This document shows, piece by piece, positions 54,601 to 64,000 of a DNA stretch of 64,000 bases (positions are counted from its first letter, which is position 1; each line of letters opens with the position of its first letter). The translations under genes were made by a program, and so were the position numbers. This DNA is from a virus (lineage: Duplodnaviria; Caudoviricetes): positions 96,001-160,000 of the IMG/VR virus record IMGVR_UViG_3300013947_000022, one strand, 5' to 3'. The notes beneath the pieces are model-generated. The model was not told where the DNA came from and searched no databases. It was given only the letters and a program-made list of their open reading frames with translations.

Positions 54601-54765
54601 ATAAAAATGTGGATGGCATTGTAGATTTTGATAGTGAAAATTATATTGTAGTTGGGTATAGCTTAGGGAAATTGATTGACATTGTTGTGAAGGGTAAAGA
54701 TATGGGAGAATAAAAAGATATGAGGGGGGGATAAAAAGTAATAAAGAGCAAAGATTAAAAATCTG

Positions 54766-54824
54766 GAATGTTTTAGAATGTTTTAGAATGTTTTAGAATG
54801 TTTTAGAATGTTTTAGAATGTTTT
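54766..54824. repeat. 10-bp tandem repeat (GAATGTTTTA) about 6 times
   Basis: Seen directly. Confidence 0.95.
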
Positions 54825-55230
54825 GATACCTTTTGGAGAAATCTCAAGTCACTAAGGCTTTGGCTGTGTGAGGGTTAAGTGGGGAATTTTCCCTGTAATC
54901 TGGTCTTTTTTAAGGGAGGAGTGGAGCGCAATCCCACAAAAAGTTACTAAAAAAATTTTCCTTCTTTTCCATTTTTATCTTAATTCCCCACTTACCTCTT
55001 AAAAATCCCTCATTTTAAATTCACCATTCCCCACTACACGCAAAATTTCGCCCAATTTTCATCTTTTATCCCCCACTAAGGCATTCCCCACCAAAAATCG
55101 TAAACAAATTCATAAGTATCTCTTGACAACCTCTCTCCTATATATTATAATATGTATATCCTAAGAAGCAGGTTTATAAATCATTTTAAGTTTCCACCTA
55201 TGCTCACTTCGTTCGCGTAGGGGGATGGGA

Positions 55231-55278
55231 ATAGTCTGCACATAGTCTGCACATAGTCTGCACATAGTCTACACATAG
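55231..55278. repeat. 11-bp tandem repeat (ATAGTCTGCAC) about 4 times
   Basis: Seen directly. Confidence 0.92.
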
Positions 55279-57170
55279 GATATACATTATAATATTATAA
55301 TATATGGAGGTGCAAAACAAAATGCCAGTAAATCCGATTCGTATATCTTCACACGCAAAGATGAGATTTGATGGACGTTTATCAATAACACGCAAAGCAG
55401 ATTTTTTAACCTTAACGAAGTCAGCGAGATTCAAGGGGCTACCTATCCATACTCTAACTCTATCCAATTACAACACCCGTTATAAATCTAAGTTTAATCT
55501 AACCTATCCAGAGTTTTTAGCATTAAAGAACAGGGTATATTTCAAATCCAATGCAACGAAAGCATATTATTATAAAGGACACATTTTTATTTTTGAGGGA
55601 AAAAGTTCGAAGACCTTGACGACAGTATATCCTATTAATGTAAGTGGGTATGAGGGTTTAGAACAGCCTGAATTCTAAACTGGATTAAAAAATTCTGAAT
55701 AAACTGGTTACGAAAGCGCAAACTCATACTTCAAGTACCAGAAGTTATATCAGAAGTTATACAAGGAAGTTATCTGAAAACTTATCTGAAAAGAGGGTTA
55801 TAAAAATGGCACCTTTAGACATTGACCGTTATCAGTTGACAATGGATGGAGAGACTTTATTCAAAGGTGAGTTTTACAAAAATCTTTTCATAAACATTTA
55901 TAATCGTACTGGAAATGACCAGAATGTAAAGTTCATTGAGACAAGGAGATATTATATTCCTAAGAATCAATGGTTATTATTTTTGCATTTCATTGAAGAG
56001 TGTCCGCAGGGGATTGCTGTAGACAGCATAGAGAGTCTATTGAAATTACCTGATGGAACAAGGATTAAAGGATTTGAGATAAAAGCGATTTCATATTAAA
56101 TCCATATTAAATAAAGTTAAATAAAAATGGGATTAAATAAAGTTAAATTAAATTAAGAGGGAGTACATATATAATATATGCCGAACATATATAAGCAGAG
56201 GAACAAGCTAAATCAGCTTGCATTAAAGAAGCAGAAGGAATTTCCTATTCTAACCTGTATTAAGCCTATCAATGGTTATATTGAAGTAGGAGAGAGGGCT
56301 AACATTTATAATCTCTTTAGGGATAAAGGTTCAGAGGATATTTATACTACAGGTGGAGAAATTAAAGAGACTCTGTATCAAGTAATCAAAGAGAATCACA
56401 AAGCAGGAGATTCACAACCTTTTTTGACTGCGAGTGAAGTTAAGGAGCATTTTGATATTGCACCTATTATTGAAAAGGGAATGAGTATAGAAGATGCTCA
56501 GATAGTATTTCGAGTAGCTGACAATAGTAAGAATAATAGACCTATATTAACTAAGGAAGAATTTGTAAAAGCGCTTGACAATACAAATTAAATATGATAT
56601 AACAGGTTCATGCTGAAAGGTATGAGCCTATTTGTATTGCAAGAAAGGCTAAAATATTTTTAATATTTTTTATATTTTTTAAAAATAACACTTGACAAAA
56701 AGAAAATAATATGATATAATACCTATAGTGGGAGTAGAATAACTTCTGCTATAGGTTTTAAATTTAACCCCTTATTCACTCAAAAAAGGAGTAAGATTTT
56801 ATTTGGCAGGTCTTTTTTATCCTATAAATATATAGAGTTTTATTTTTCAAATAAAATTTCCATCTTTTTCTATGTTCTATAAAAAAAAAGAATATTTATA
56901 CATTCTTTATGTATGTTTATTCGTACCCTTCTGATAAACAGAATACCAAAAAGGGGTAAAATAAAAATAAAGTCCTTATTTTATAAGGGTTTAAAAGAGG
57001 TAGCCGTAAAGATAAGGGTAGAAAAAAGGGTTAAAATAAAAAGTGAATAAATATATGAATATAAAATAAATTAAAAAAAGAAGATTTAATATTATTATAT
57101 AGATAGTTATAGATACAGATGTAGTTTATACAGGTAGAGCCGATTTGGACAAAAAGTAGGAGAGGTGAAT

Positions 57171-58688
57171 ATGGAATATAAAACAAAAGAATTAAAAACA
57201 GTTAATTTTAAGCATAGGAAGAAAGAAGGAGAAAATCCGCCTGTATTAGTTTGTGATTCTATTTGTGGTTCAGGAAAAACTCAAGCCGCTATAGAATATA
57301 TTAATAATAGTCCTCCTTGGAATAAATTTTTATATGTTACTCCTTATTTAACAGAAATTGAAAGAATTAAAAAATCTTGTCCCAATGCTAATTTTTGTTC
57401 GCCTGATTTTAAATTAGGAAAAGGGTCTAAGATGACTGATATTCAAAGACTGTTTGATGAAGGAAGGAATATTGCGTGTACTCATGTATTATTTCAAATG
57501 TTTACACCAGAGAACTTTAAGATAGCAGAAGCATACGGATATATTCTTATAATGGACGAAGTTGCAGATGTGGTGGATAAATATAATTGCAATAAAAACG
57601 ACTTATATAATTTGCTAAATCCAGCGTTTGAATATGTTCAGATAGATAAAAATAATCAAATTGTTGCGAATAAAGAGTCTCCTTTATTTAAAGATGGTGT
57701 AAGCGCTGAAACCGCAAATAAATATAAAATACAGCCTAAAAAGCCAAGTAAAGAGATTAGTAAGGAAAGCGACAGAGAAAATCAATGGCTTGATATGTTA
57801 TATCGAACGTATTGTGGTTGTCTTTATTTAAGTGGAACTACGGCTGAAAAATTAAAAGAATTTTATGATAATGGCGGAAGACCAGATGAAATTAATGTAA
57901 ATATTATTATGTGGACTTTCCCTGTATCTATTTTTAAAGCTTTTGAAAAAGTGTTCATTTTAACTTATATGTTTGATGGACAGTATCAGGCTAACTATTA
58001 CAAATACTTTGATGTTAAATATTATTTTTTACGAACAGAGAAATTAAGCGAAAGAGATTTAGAAACTGGTGCGCCAAGATACCAATTTAAAGATGAAATT
58101 TTTGTAACTCCTGATTTAAGTTTTCCATCCGAGTTGAAAGAATTAATTCAAATAGAACAAGATGAAAAATTAAATCAAATAGGAAGTTTTTATCGCAGCA
58201 ATGAATCGAAAAAATATCTTGAATCTGCTCTTTGTTCAACATGGTATGATACTTTTGTATTAAATTCAAATAGTGATGCCGTGAAAAAATTAAGTAACAA
58301 TACTTATAATTTCTTCCACAATAAATGCAAATGCAGTTCATCGTCTGATATAATTTGGACCACCTTTAAAGTTTATAAAAATATGATTAAACAAAAGCCC
58401 TTTTCAAAAGAATCTTGTTTTGTGGCTTGTACAGCAAGAGCTACAAATGAGTATAGGGATAGACATAAATGTGCATATTTAATTAATATCTATATGGACC
58501 CATTTATAAGAAACTTTTTTACAAATAGGGGAATTAATCCTGACCAAGACTTGTTTGCTCTATCAGAATTGATTCAATGGTTATTCCGTTCGGCAATACG
58601 CCAAGGGGAGCCAATTAAGTTGTATATTCCATCACAGAGAATGAGAGAACTTCTTGAAGATTGGCTTGATGGAAACTACAAATATTAA
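57171..58688 (+). CDS. SF2 (DEAD/DEAH-like) helicase / origin-binding-like protein
   Basis: DSICGSGKT, YVTPYLTE, LIMDEV, LIQWLFRSAIR.G. Confidence 0.78.
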   Translation: MEYKTKELKTVNFKHRKKEGENPPVLVCDSICGSGKTQAAIEYINNSPPWNKFLYVTPYLTEIERIKKSCPNANFCSPDFKLGKGSKMTDIQRLFDEGRNIACTHVLFQMFTPENFKIAEAYGYILIMDEVADVVDKYNCNKNDLYNLLNPAFEYVQIDKNNQIVANKESPLFKDGVSAETANKYKIQPKKPSKEISKESDRENQWLDMLYRTYCGCLYLSGTTAEKLKEFYDNGGRPDEINVNIIMWTFPVSIFKAFEKVFILTYMFDGQYQANYYKYFDVKYYFLRTEKLSERDLETGAPRYQFKDEIFVTPDLSFPSELKELIQIEQDEKLNQIGSFYRSNESKKYLESALCSTWYDTFVLNSNSDAVKKLSNNTYNFFHNKCKCSSSSDIIWTTFKVYKNMIKQKPFSKESCFVACTARATNEYRDRHKCAYLINIYMDPFIRNFFTNRGINPDQDLFALSELIQWLFRSAIRQGEPIKLYIPSQRMRELLEDWLDGNYKY

Positions 58689-59435
58689 AAATTAAAATGA
58701 GGTAGACTAAAATGCCAAGAGGAAGACCAAGGAAGAAAGTAACAGAACCGTTTAAATTAGTCGATGAGCCAAAGGTTCAAAATGAGACTTTAGAAAATGC
58801 TAATGACACTTTGGATGACACTTTGGAGGATAAGCCTGAAAATAAAATGAGCTCAAATAATATTGAGCCTACAGAACAGACAGAGAAAGGCAGAAAGCCC
58901 AGTTCAAAGAAATATCCAATCTGTACTCGATGTGGCAAAGATATTGTAAGCACAAATCCATTTAGAGTTAATTTAGCTTATCTTACTTCTGTAGCTTCAT
59001 ATCATAGAGAGGTTGAGAATGATGTACCTACTCTATGTAATGAATGTGCTAAAGGATTAAGTGATGTTGTAGACAAATATTTGATTAATGGTGGAGCTAA
59101 ATGTAAGTTCAATAAAGAATGAATGAAAATGTCATTCTGTATCACTATGTATCATTCTGTGTGTTCCACTGACACAATAGTTCAAATCTTCAAAAAAGTC
59201 CATCAGAACCTTTATCTATATCATTATAAAATCGCTCAAAATAACGTCCTAATGGCTTGGGAGTATAAACATACTGCTGAGATTTGGAAGCGAAATTTGA
59301 GCGTTTAAATAAGTAATAATACTATGCTTCTGAGTATAATTTTAAATGTGAAATAAATACGAAGAAAATACGAAATAAATCTAAATAAATAGAAACAACC
59401 TAAAATAAATTAAAATAAATTGAGGAGAAAATATT

Positions 59436-59738
59436 ATGGCTTCTTTCTTTGAATCCGCTGTGAACATGGTACGAGATGACAAACGTGCTTATTGGTATTC
59501 TAACTATCCTCCCGAAGTTCGTAAGATGGAAAGATTCTTGAAAGACTATCCTGATGATGTTAAGATTGAAAATGATTATCGTCATGAAACAGGTGAAGCT
59601 TATGGCCTTACTGTGAGTGTGCCTATGAAGTGGTACAAGACTCCAAGTGCGCCCAAGAAGAGAAACTTAACCGATGAACAGAGAGCAGCTATTTCTCAGA
59701 GAATGAGGAATAGTAGAAACAATAAAAATAAAAAGTAA
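59436..59738 (+). CDS. hypothetical protein
   Basis: GAGGAG SD; last + strand gene of the block. Confidence 0.7.
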   Translation: MASFFESAVNMVRDDKRAYWYSNYPPEVRKMERFLKDYPDDVKIENDYRHETGEAYGLTVSVPMKWYKTPSAPKKRNLTDEQRAAISQRMRNSRNNKNKK

Positions 59739-60304
59739 AATAATGTAAAGGTGTGGAGCTTTACAATTTATTTAAAATGTGAGCCTGTTTTAATCTTTAG
59801 GCTCAGACATAAAAGTACCTCTTGAAGATACCAGACGGGTCTTCTTGGGGTACTTTTTATTTATGTTAAATGAGTTTTGAAAAGATTATGATGGGTATAG
59901 AAATGAATTTGGGATAAAATGAATTTAAGATAAATGAAAAGTATGTAAATTTGGGCAAGGTAGGGTTAAAAGAATGAAAGTATACAGGGGACGTGGATTT
60001 AAAAAATTGGGGCGTTATTAAAAGAAATAAAAAGTGGGCCGCGAGATTTAAAAAAGAGGGCTTTAAGGGGTGAAAAAAAGGGCGGGTCCGTTAGAATAAA
60101 AAAATCTCCCCGCAAGAAGGAATTAAAAAGGGGGGCGCAAATCAGAATCTCCCCTCGGTAAGCCGCCTACTAATAGAACCCCGTTAGAGGAAAGAAGCGC
60201 AAGTTTTCGGCTTCTTTTAGTTTGTAGCTGTAATACGCCCACCCACTACCAACCCATTGTATTACAACTTAAGGGAAAGGAAATGTGCTAAAGCTAAGTC
60301 AGAT

Positions 60305-60601
60305 TCAAGGGATTCTGCAAAGTTGATAGCAAAGTTGATGATGCTCTTTAGAATTAAACCAATCCTCAACACTCTCATATTCCTGAGAAATGATTGGAGG
60401 AAGATTAGCTCTCTCTTGAGCCCACTTTTGCTTACGCTGTTTCTTTTCACGTTTGATTTCTTTCTCACAATGGATGATAAAAGCAATCATAAACGCGAGA
60501 ATGGACAAACTGACGGGGTTCAGAAAACCATCAACAAAACCAGCCTGAATGGCTCCTGTCCACCAGAAAACCCAAACCAACGAGAATGCAAACATTGCCA
60601 T
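60305..60601 (-). CDS. membrane protein
   Basis: AAGGAG SD on -; two hydrophobic segments. Confidence 0.7.
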   Translation of the reverse strand: MAMFAFSLVWVFWWTGAIQAGFVDGFLNPVSLSILAFMIAFIIHCEKEIKREKKQRKQKWAQERANLPPIISQEYESVEDWFNSKEHHQLCYQLCRIP

Positions 60602-60905
60602 AGGTTATTTCTCCTTTTTTTAGAATCAGTCTTCCCTATTCAGGAAGTAGTACAGCATTAAATATGCAGTACCCAAAACGATAATAACGCCTTCTACTGT
60701 GATAAAATCACCTCCTTTCGATGAAAATATGGGTTTTAGTGAAGTTTGCTATAGATAAGACTTTGAGTATCAAGAATGATACCCTCGTCCATATCACGAA
60801 TTTCAACGATGGAATCACGAGAATCTTCAATCTCTAAGATTTCATCAAGCTCAAAATCAGAGACGACCTTAGAACTTCCATCGAAAAATGTAACCCAATA
60901 CATAA

Positions 60906-61250
60906 TTAAACCTCCTCTGTATTTTCGTTAATGGTTTTAATTTGGGGATTCTTTTTATTTCTGGTAGCACGATGAATTACCTTGTAATCCATAGTATAGC
61001 AGAAAGGAGTAACGCCGTCAACATCATATTCAATTTTCACCTTAACCCATTCAGGGTGTAAAAGCTTAGATAGAACAGCATCAACCTCCGATTTCTTAAA
61101 GAAATAGCGTTCATCGTCTACGCGACGACAGCTTCGCTTTTGGTTAAAATGCTCAACAGCTTCTGCCAAAATAGAATTTAAGGCTTCAGTAATGATGGCA
61201 TTATTTTGCTCTGTGAGTGAAGGTGTAGTAAAGTCGATAGTGGTGTTCAT
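60906..61250 (-). CDS. hypothetical protein
   Basis: AAGGAGG SD on -. Confidence 0.72.
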   Translation of the reverse strand: MNTTIDFTTPSLTEQNNAIITEALNSILAEAVEHFNQKRSCRRVDDERYFFKKSEVDAVLSKLLHPEWVKVKIEYDVDGVTPFCYTMDYKVIHRATRNKKNPQIKTINENTEEV

Positions 61251-61252
61251 GG

Positions 61253-61519
61253 TTAAACCTCCTTGTTGTTTGTATTGTATACATTGTATTTACTGTTCTC
61301 AAACCATCTCTTAGCATCATTAAAAGTAATATTGCTTAAGAAATGTTCAAGGAAATCCCAGCGAGAAATTCCACGTTCTTCATTGTGTTCGATTTTCTTG
61401 AGCAAAACCCAATGAGGAAGAGGATATTTTTCTTTAGCGAGAGCATATTCATCAGTAGGGTGATAATACACAGGGTATTTCTCCGCACTGAATTTGTTTG
61501 AGCGAATCCATTTAGTCAT
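61253..61519 (-). CDS. hypothetical protein
   Basis: AAGGAGGT SD on -. Confidence 0.72.
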   Translation of the reverse strand: MTKWIRSNKFSAEKYPVYYHPTDEYALAKEKYPLPHWVLLKKIEHNEERGISRWDFLEHFLSNITFNDAKRWFENSKYNVYNTNNKEV

Positions 61520-61538
61520 TTTGTTTTACCTCCTTTCT

Positions 61539-61820
61539 TTAATTGAAACAAGTACGGATAGCATCGCAAAGCTTGTAACGCTGTCCACGGATTTTGATAT
61601 AAGCTTCACCATTCATATTAGAATAAATACGAAGCTTGTGCTGACATTTAGGATTGTTTTTCTTACCAATCCAAGCACCTTCGGCACAGAAAAGGGAATC
61701 GTTGATGTCGTATTCGATTTTGTAGATTTCAAGACCACCAAGAGCGGAAATATAGGCGATAGGATTAAGATTGGACATATTCTGAGTGAAAAATTCCTTC
61801 TTAGACATGATGATAGACAT
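61539..61820 (-). CDS. hypothetical protein
   Basis: AAGGAG SD on -. Confidence 0.72.
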   Translation of the reverse strand: MSIIMSKKEFFTQNMSNLNPIAYISALGGLEIYKIEYDINDSLFCAEGAWIGKKNNPKCQHKLRIYSNMNGEAYIKIRGQRYKLCDAIRTCFN

Positions 61821-62352
61821 ATTAATTTTCTCCTTTCATAAGACCGCGAAGCAGATTATACATAAGTTCATTAGCTTCCTTATCAGTTTGAAGCATCACA
61901 GTAGCTTCTTCAAAGGTGTCTTCGTTGGTGATTTTGAGTGTAGCGCGACATTTGTTTTGGATGATGGTAATCATGACAAACTCCATTCTCCCCGTATAGC
62001 CGTTAGGACAGCTTTTGTTGTTTTAGTTGATGGAATGAATAAGGAACAAGAACAAAGTAAATTCCAAGACGAGAGTCCAACCTGTGAGAGTAATGTGTAA
62101 TCACCTCCTTTTGTTTTGTTTTCGTTTCTTGTTTCCATTCTTTGTTTTCTTGGGAATCGTAGCAACAAATCCATAAATAAACCCTATGATAGCATTAATG
62201 ATTAGAAAAGCGTCTAAGAAATTAATGCCATAGACATTATTAGGAATATTGCCACAGATTGCATACAAGAAAACAATGATGATAATAGCTACAATCAGAT
62301 AAAACCACCTCCTTTCACATTATAACATCAATGCTGACGGAATACAACCATT

Positions 62353-63093
62353 TTAATCTTCTTGCCCCAACATTTCTTCTTGATAGGCATATTCACCGAA
62401 ATATTTTTTCTCTCCCTCTTTTCGTGCGGTGACAGCTTCTCCTTTAGAATTATATAATCCTAAATTATGTACCACTCCTTTAAAAGTAATTTGTGCTTTC
62501 CATTTTCCATTTTTCTTTGGATAAACACCACGAATTTTTTCTCCCTCATAGGGTAAACGATTATAATTATTTTGAGCAAGAGTTACAATTCGCATCTTAG
62601 ACTTTCTGTTGTCTTTTACATCATGAAAAATATGGTCCACCTGCATTTCATCTGGGCAATTCATGATAATTCGATGTAATAAAACAATTTTAGTTTCGTG
62701 TGGTTGTGTTATATCCCTTGCTACAATATAACCATTTTTACTATTATCTTCTCTCCAACAAAATTGTTTTATTTTATCAAAATCTTCCAAATCAAAAAGA
62801 AAAGGGACATTAGTATTTGTTGTATATCCAATTCCATATTCTCCTGTAAGGTCATATACATTTGTTTTTGAATTTGCTTCTATTGTGGTTTGAATGTTAT
62901 AGCAACCACAAGAAGTAGTATGTCCACTTCTTAAATGAGTTCCTGTAACATTTATTAAATTAGGATTGCCACAAGAACATTCACACCACCAAGTAGGTTT
63001 GTGTTGTCCTTTAGGGGTGATATAATCATCACCCCTATATAAAACTTTAAGTCTACCAAAAGTTTTCCCAGTTAAATCAATAAGTTTACCCAT
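62353..63093 (-). CDS. HNH + AP2-domain homing endonuclease
   Basis: IDLTGKTFGRL..WWCECSCG, LHR.I..VDHI...DNRK..N..N, GV...KWKAQI...LG.Y...A..AR. Confidence 0.88.
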   Translation of the reverse strand: MGKLIDLTGKTFGRLKVLYRGDDYITPKGQHKPTWWCECSCGNPNLINVTGTHLRSGHTTSCGCYNIQTTIEANSKTNVYDLTGEYGIGYTTNTNVPFLFDLEDFDKIKQFCWREDNSKNGYIVARDITQPHETKIVLLHRIIMNCPDEMQVDHIFHDVKDNRKSKMRIVTLAQNNYNRLPYEGEKIRGVYPKKNGKWKAQITFKGVVHNLGLYNSKGEAVTARKEGEKKYFGEYAYQEEMLGQED

Positions 63094-63103
63094 GTTGTCT
63101 CCT

Positions 63104-63709
63104 TTAATGTTTCTTAAAATATACGCTTTGTCCTTTTTTCAACTGCCAACAAGAAGAACAAGAAGAGCACTTTCCTCCACACGGGATAGCGTCTTCAGGA
63201 ATACATTTATTCATCTCAGGCTGTTTAGGAAAGAATACAAAAGTCGTTGGAAAATTGTGCGGATTCGTAGGCATAAAATCTTTCCATGCACTGAAAACAA
63301 TAGTAAGATTTTTAGGGATAAGATGCTTTGCTTCAATATAAGCATTAATAAGCTCATATTTCTTTGTGAAACAAAGATACATAGTATGAGGATTTTTGCG
63401 AGCAACCCAACACATACCCTTAAGATAATTTTCATCAACAATATCTCCAGAACTATGCCAACGACACCGACGATAATCCCCCGTCTGCTCTGCAATCATA
63501 GAAAAGAAAAGTTTAGGATTTTCTTTGTAAGCAAGCAAATTATTTGCTAAACTATTTTGAACTGTCTTATATAAGAAATTGCCGTGACGAGCATAACATT
63601 CTTTAAAACAAGGCGCATCAGGACGACAAGTTACAATAGCGGGAAGGTTGATAGAGGGGATAGCAGCCCCAAGTTTAGAGTTAGTGGTAGAAACATGAAC
63701 AGTAGCCAT
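63104..63709 (-). CDS. GP88-like phage protein
   Basis: NSKLG..NLPA..TC.PDAPC..ECYA, RWHSSGD, FTK. Confidence 0.7.
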   Translation of the reverse strand: MATVHVSTTNSKLGAAIPSINLPAIVTCRPDAPCFKECYARHGNFLYKTVQNSLANNLLAYKENPKLFFSMIAEQTGDYRRCRWHSSGDIVDENYLKGMCWVARKNPHTMYLCFTKKYELINAYIEAKHLIPKNLTIVFSAWKDFMPTNPHNFPTTFVFFPKQPEMNKCIPEDAIPCGGKCSSCSSCWQLKKGQSVYFKKH

Positions 63710-63948
63710 AATGTTTACAACTCCTTAAAAATATTTTTGTTTAGAATTTTTTAAGATTTTGCTTGACAAATGGATTAAGATATACTATAATATCATCATG
63801 GAGAGAGGAATTGGTCTCCTCTCTCCTTTGTAACTCATTTTGTTAGTTACGGTGTTTGATGATGAACACTTGGATTACACTCGTAGTATAATCAACAGAT
63901 ATAACTTGCTACATTGAATCACCTCCTTTCACAATGAGTTTGAGGATA

Positions 63949-63978
63949 AAGACAGAGTTCAAAGCTCTGTCTTTTTTC
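63949..63978 (+). terminator. intrinsic terminator
   Basis: AAGACAGAG-TTCAAAG-CTCTGTCTT followed by a T tract. Confidence 0.75.
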
Positions 63979-64000
63979 TTATATTATGCATCACTTAAGA

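Noticed and set aside
54766-55278. CRISPR array
   Set aside because: Short tandem repeats without spacers; no cas genes

Overview
AT-rich segment of a large phage genome, probably infecting a gut Firmicute/Clostridia host (inference from TTGACA-N17-TATAAT promoters, strong SD sites, an LL-H holin and a SleB-like hydrolase). Genes lie on + up to about 59.7 kb and on - from about 60.3 kb. Most are small hypothetical ORFs. Recognisable genes include a UvrD helicase, a WGR-PARP with two macrodomains, two C5 methyltransferases, HNH/homing nucleases, an intein-containing radical SAM protein and RNA end-processing enzymes. The main interest is the RNA cluster at 8-16 kb. (1) Three tRNA genes (Lys, Leu, Gln) each carry a second tRNA-shaped element inside the anticodon loop; excising it exactly restores the anticodon. 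(2) An amber (CUA) tRNA is hidden by a group I intron, matching several genes that need in-frame TAG read as Gln (code 15). (3) Seven ncRNAs share a covarying UCGACnn-ACAGCAA...nnGUCGAG module; three carry circularly permuted tRNA domains like bacterial Y RNA (YrlA), and an eighth copy sits in the leader of a DUF2828 (TROVE/Ro60-like + vWA) gene. Also seen: a ~570-nt pseudoknotted ncRNA, fused terminator-promoter-RBS modules, a repeated 20-bp palindrome and tandem NrdR-like boxes. All calls were made by eye; no searches were run.
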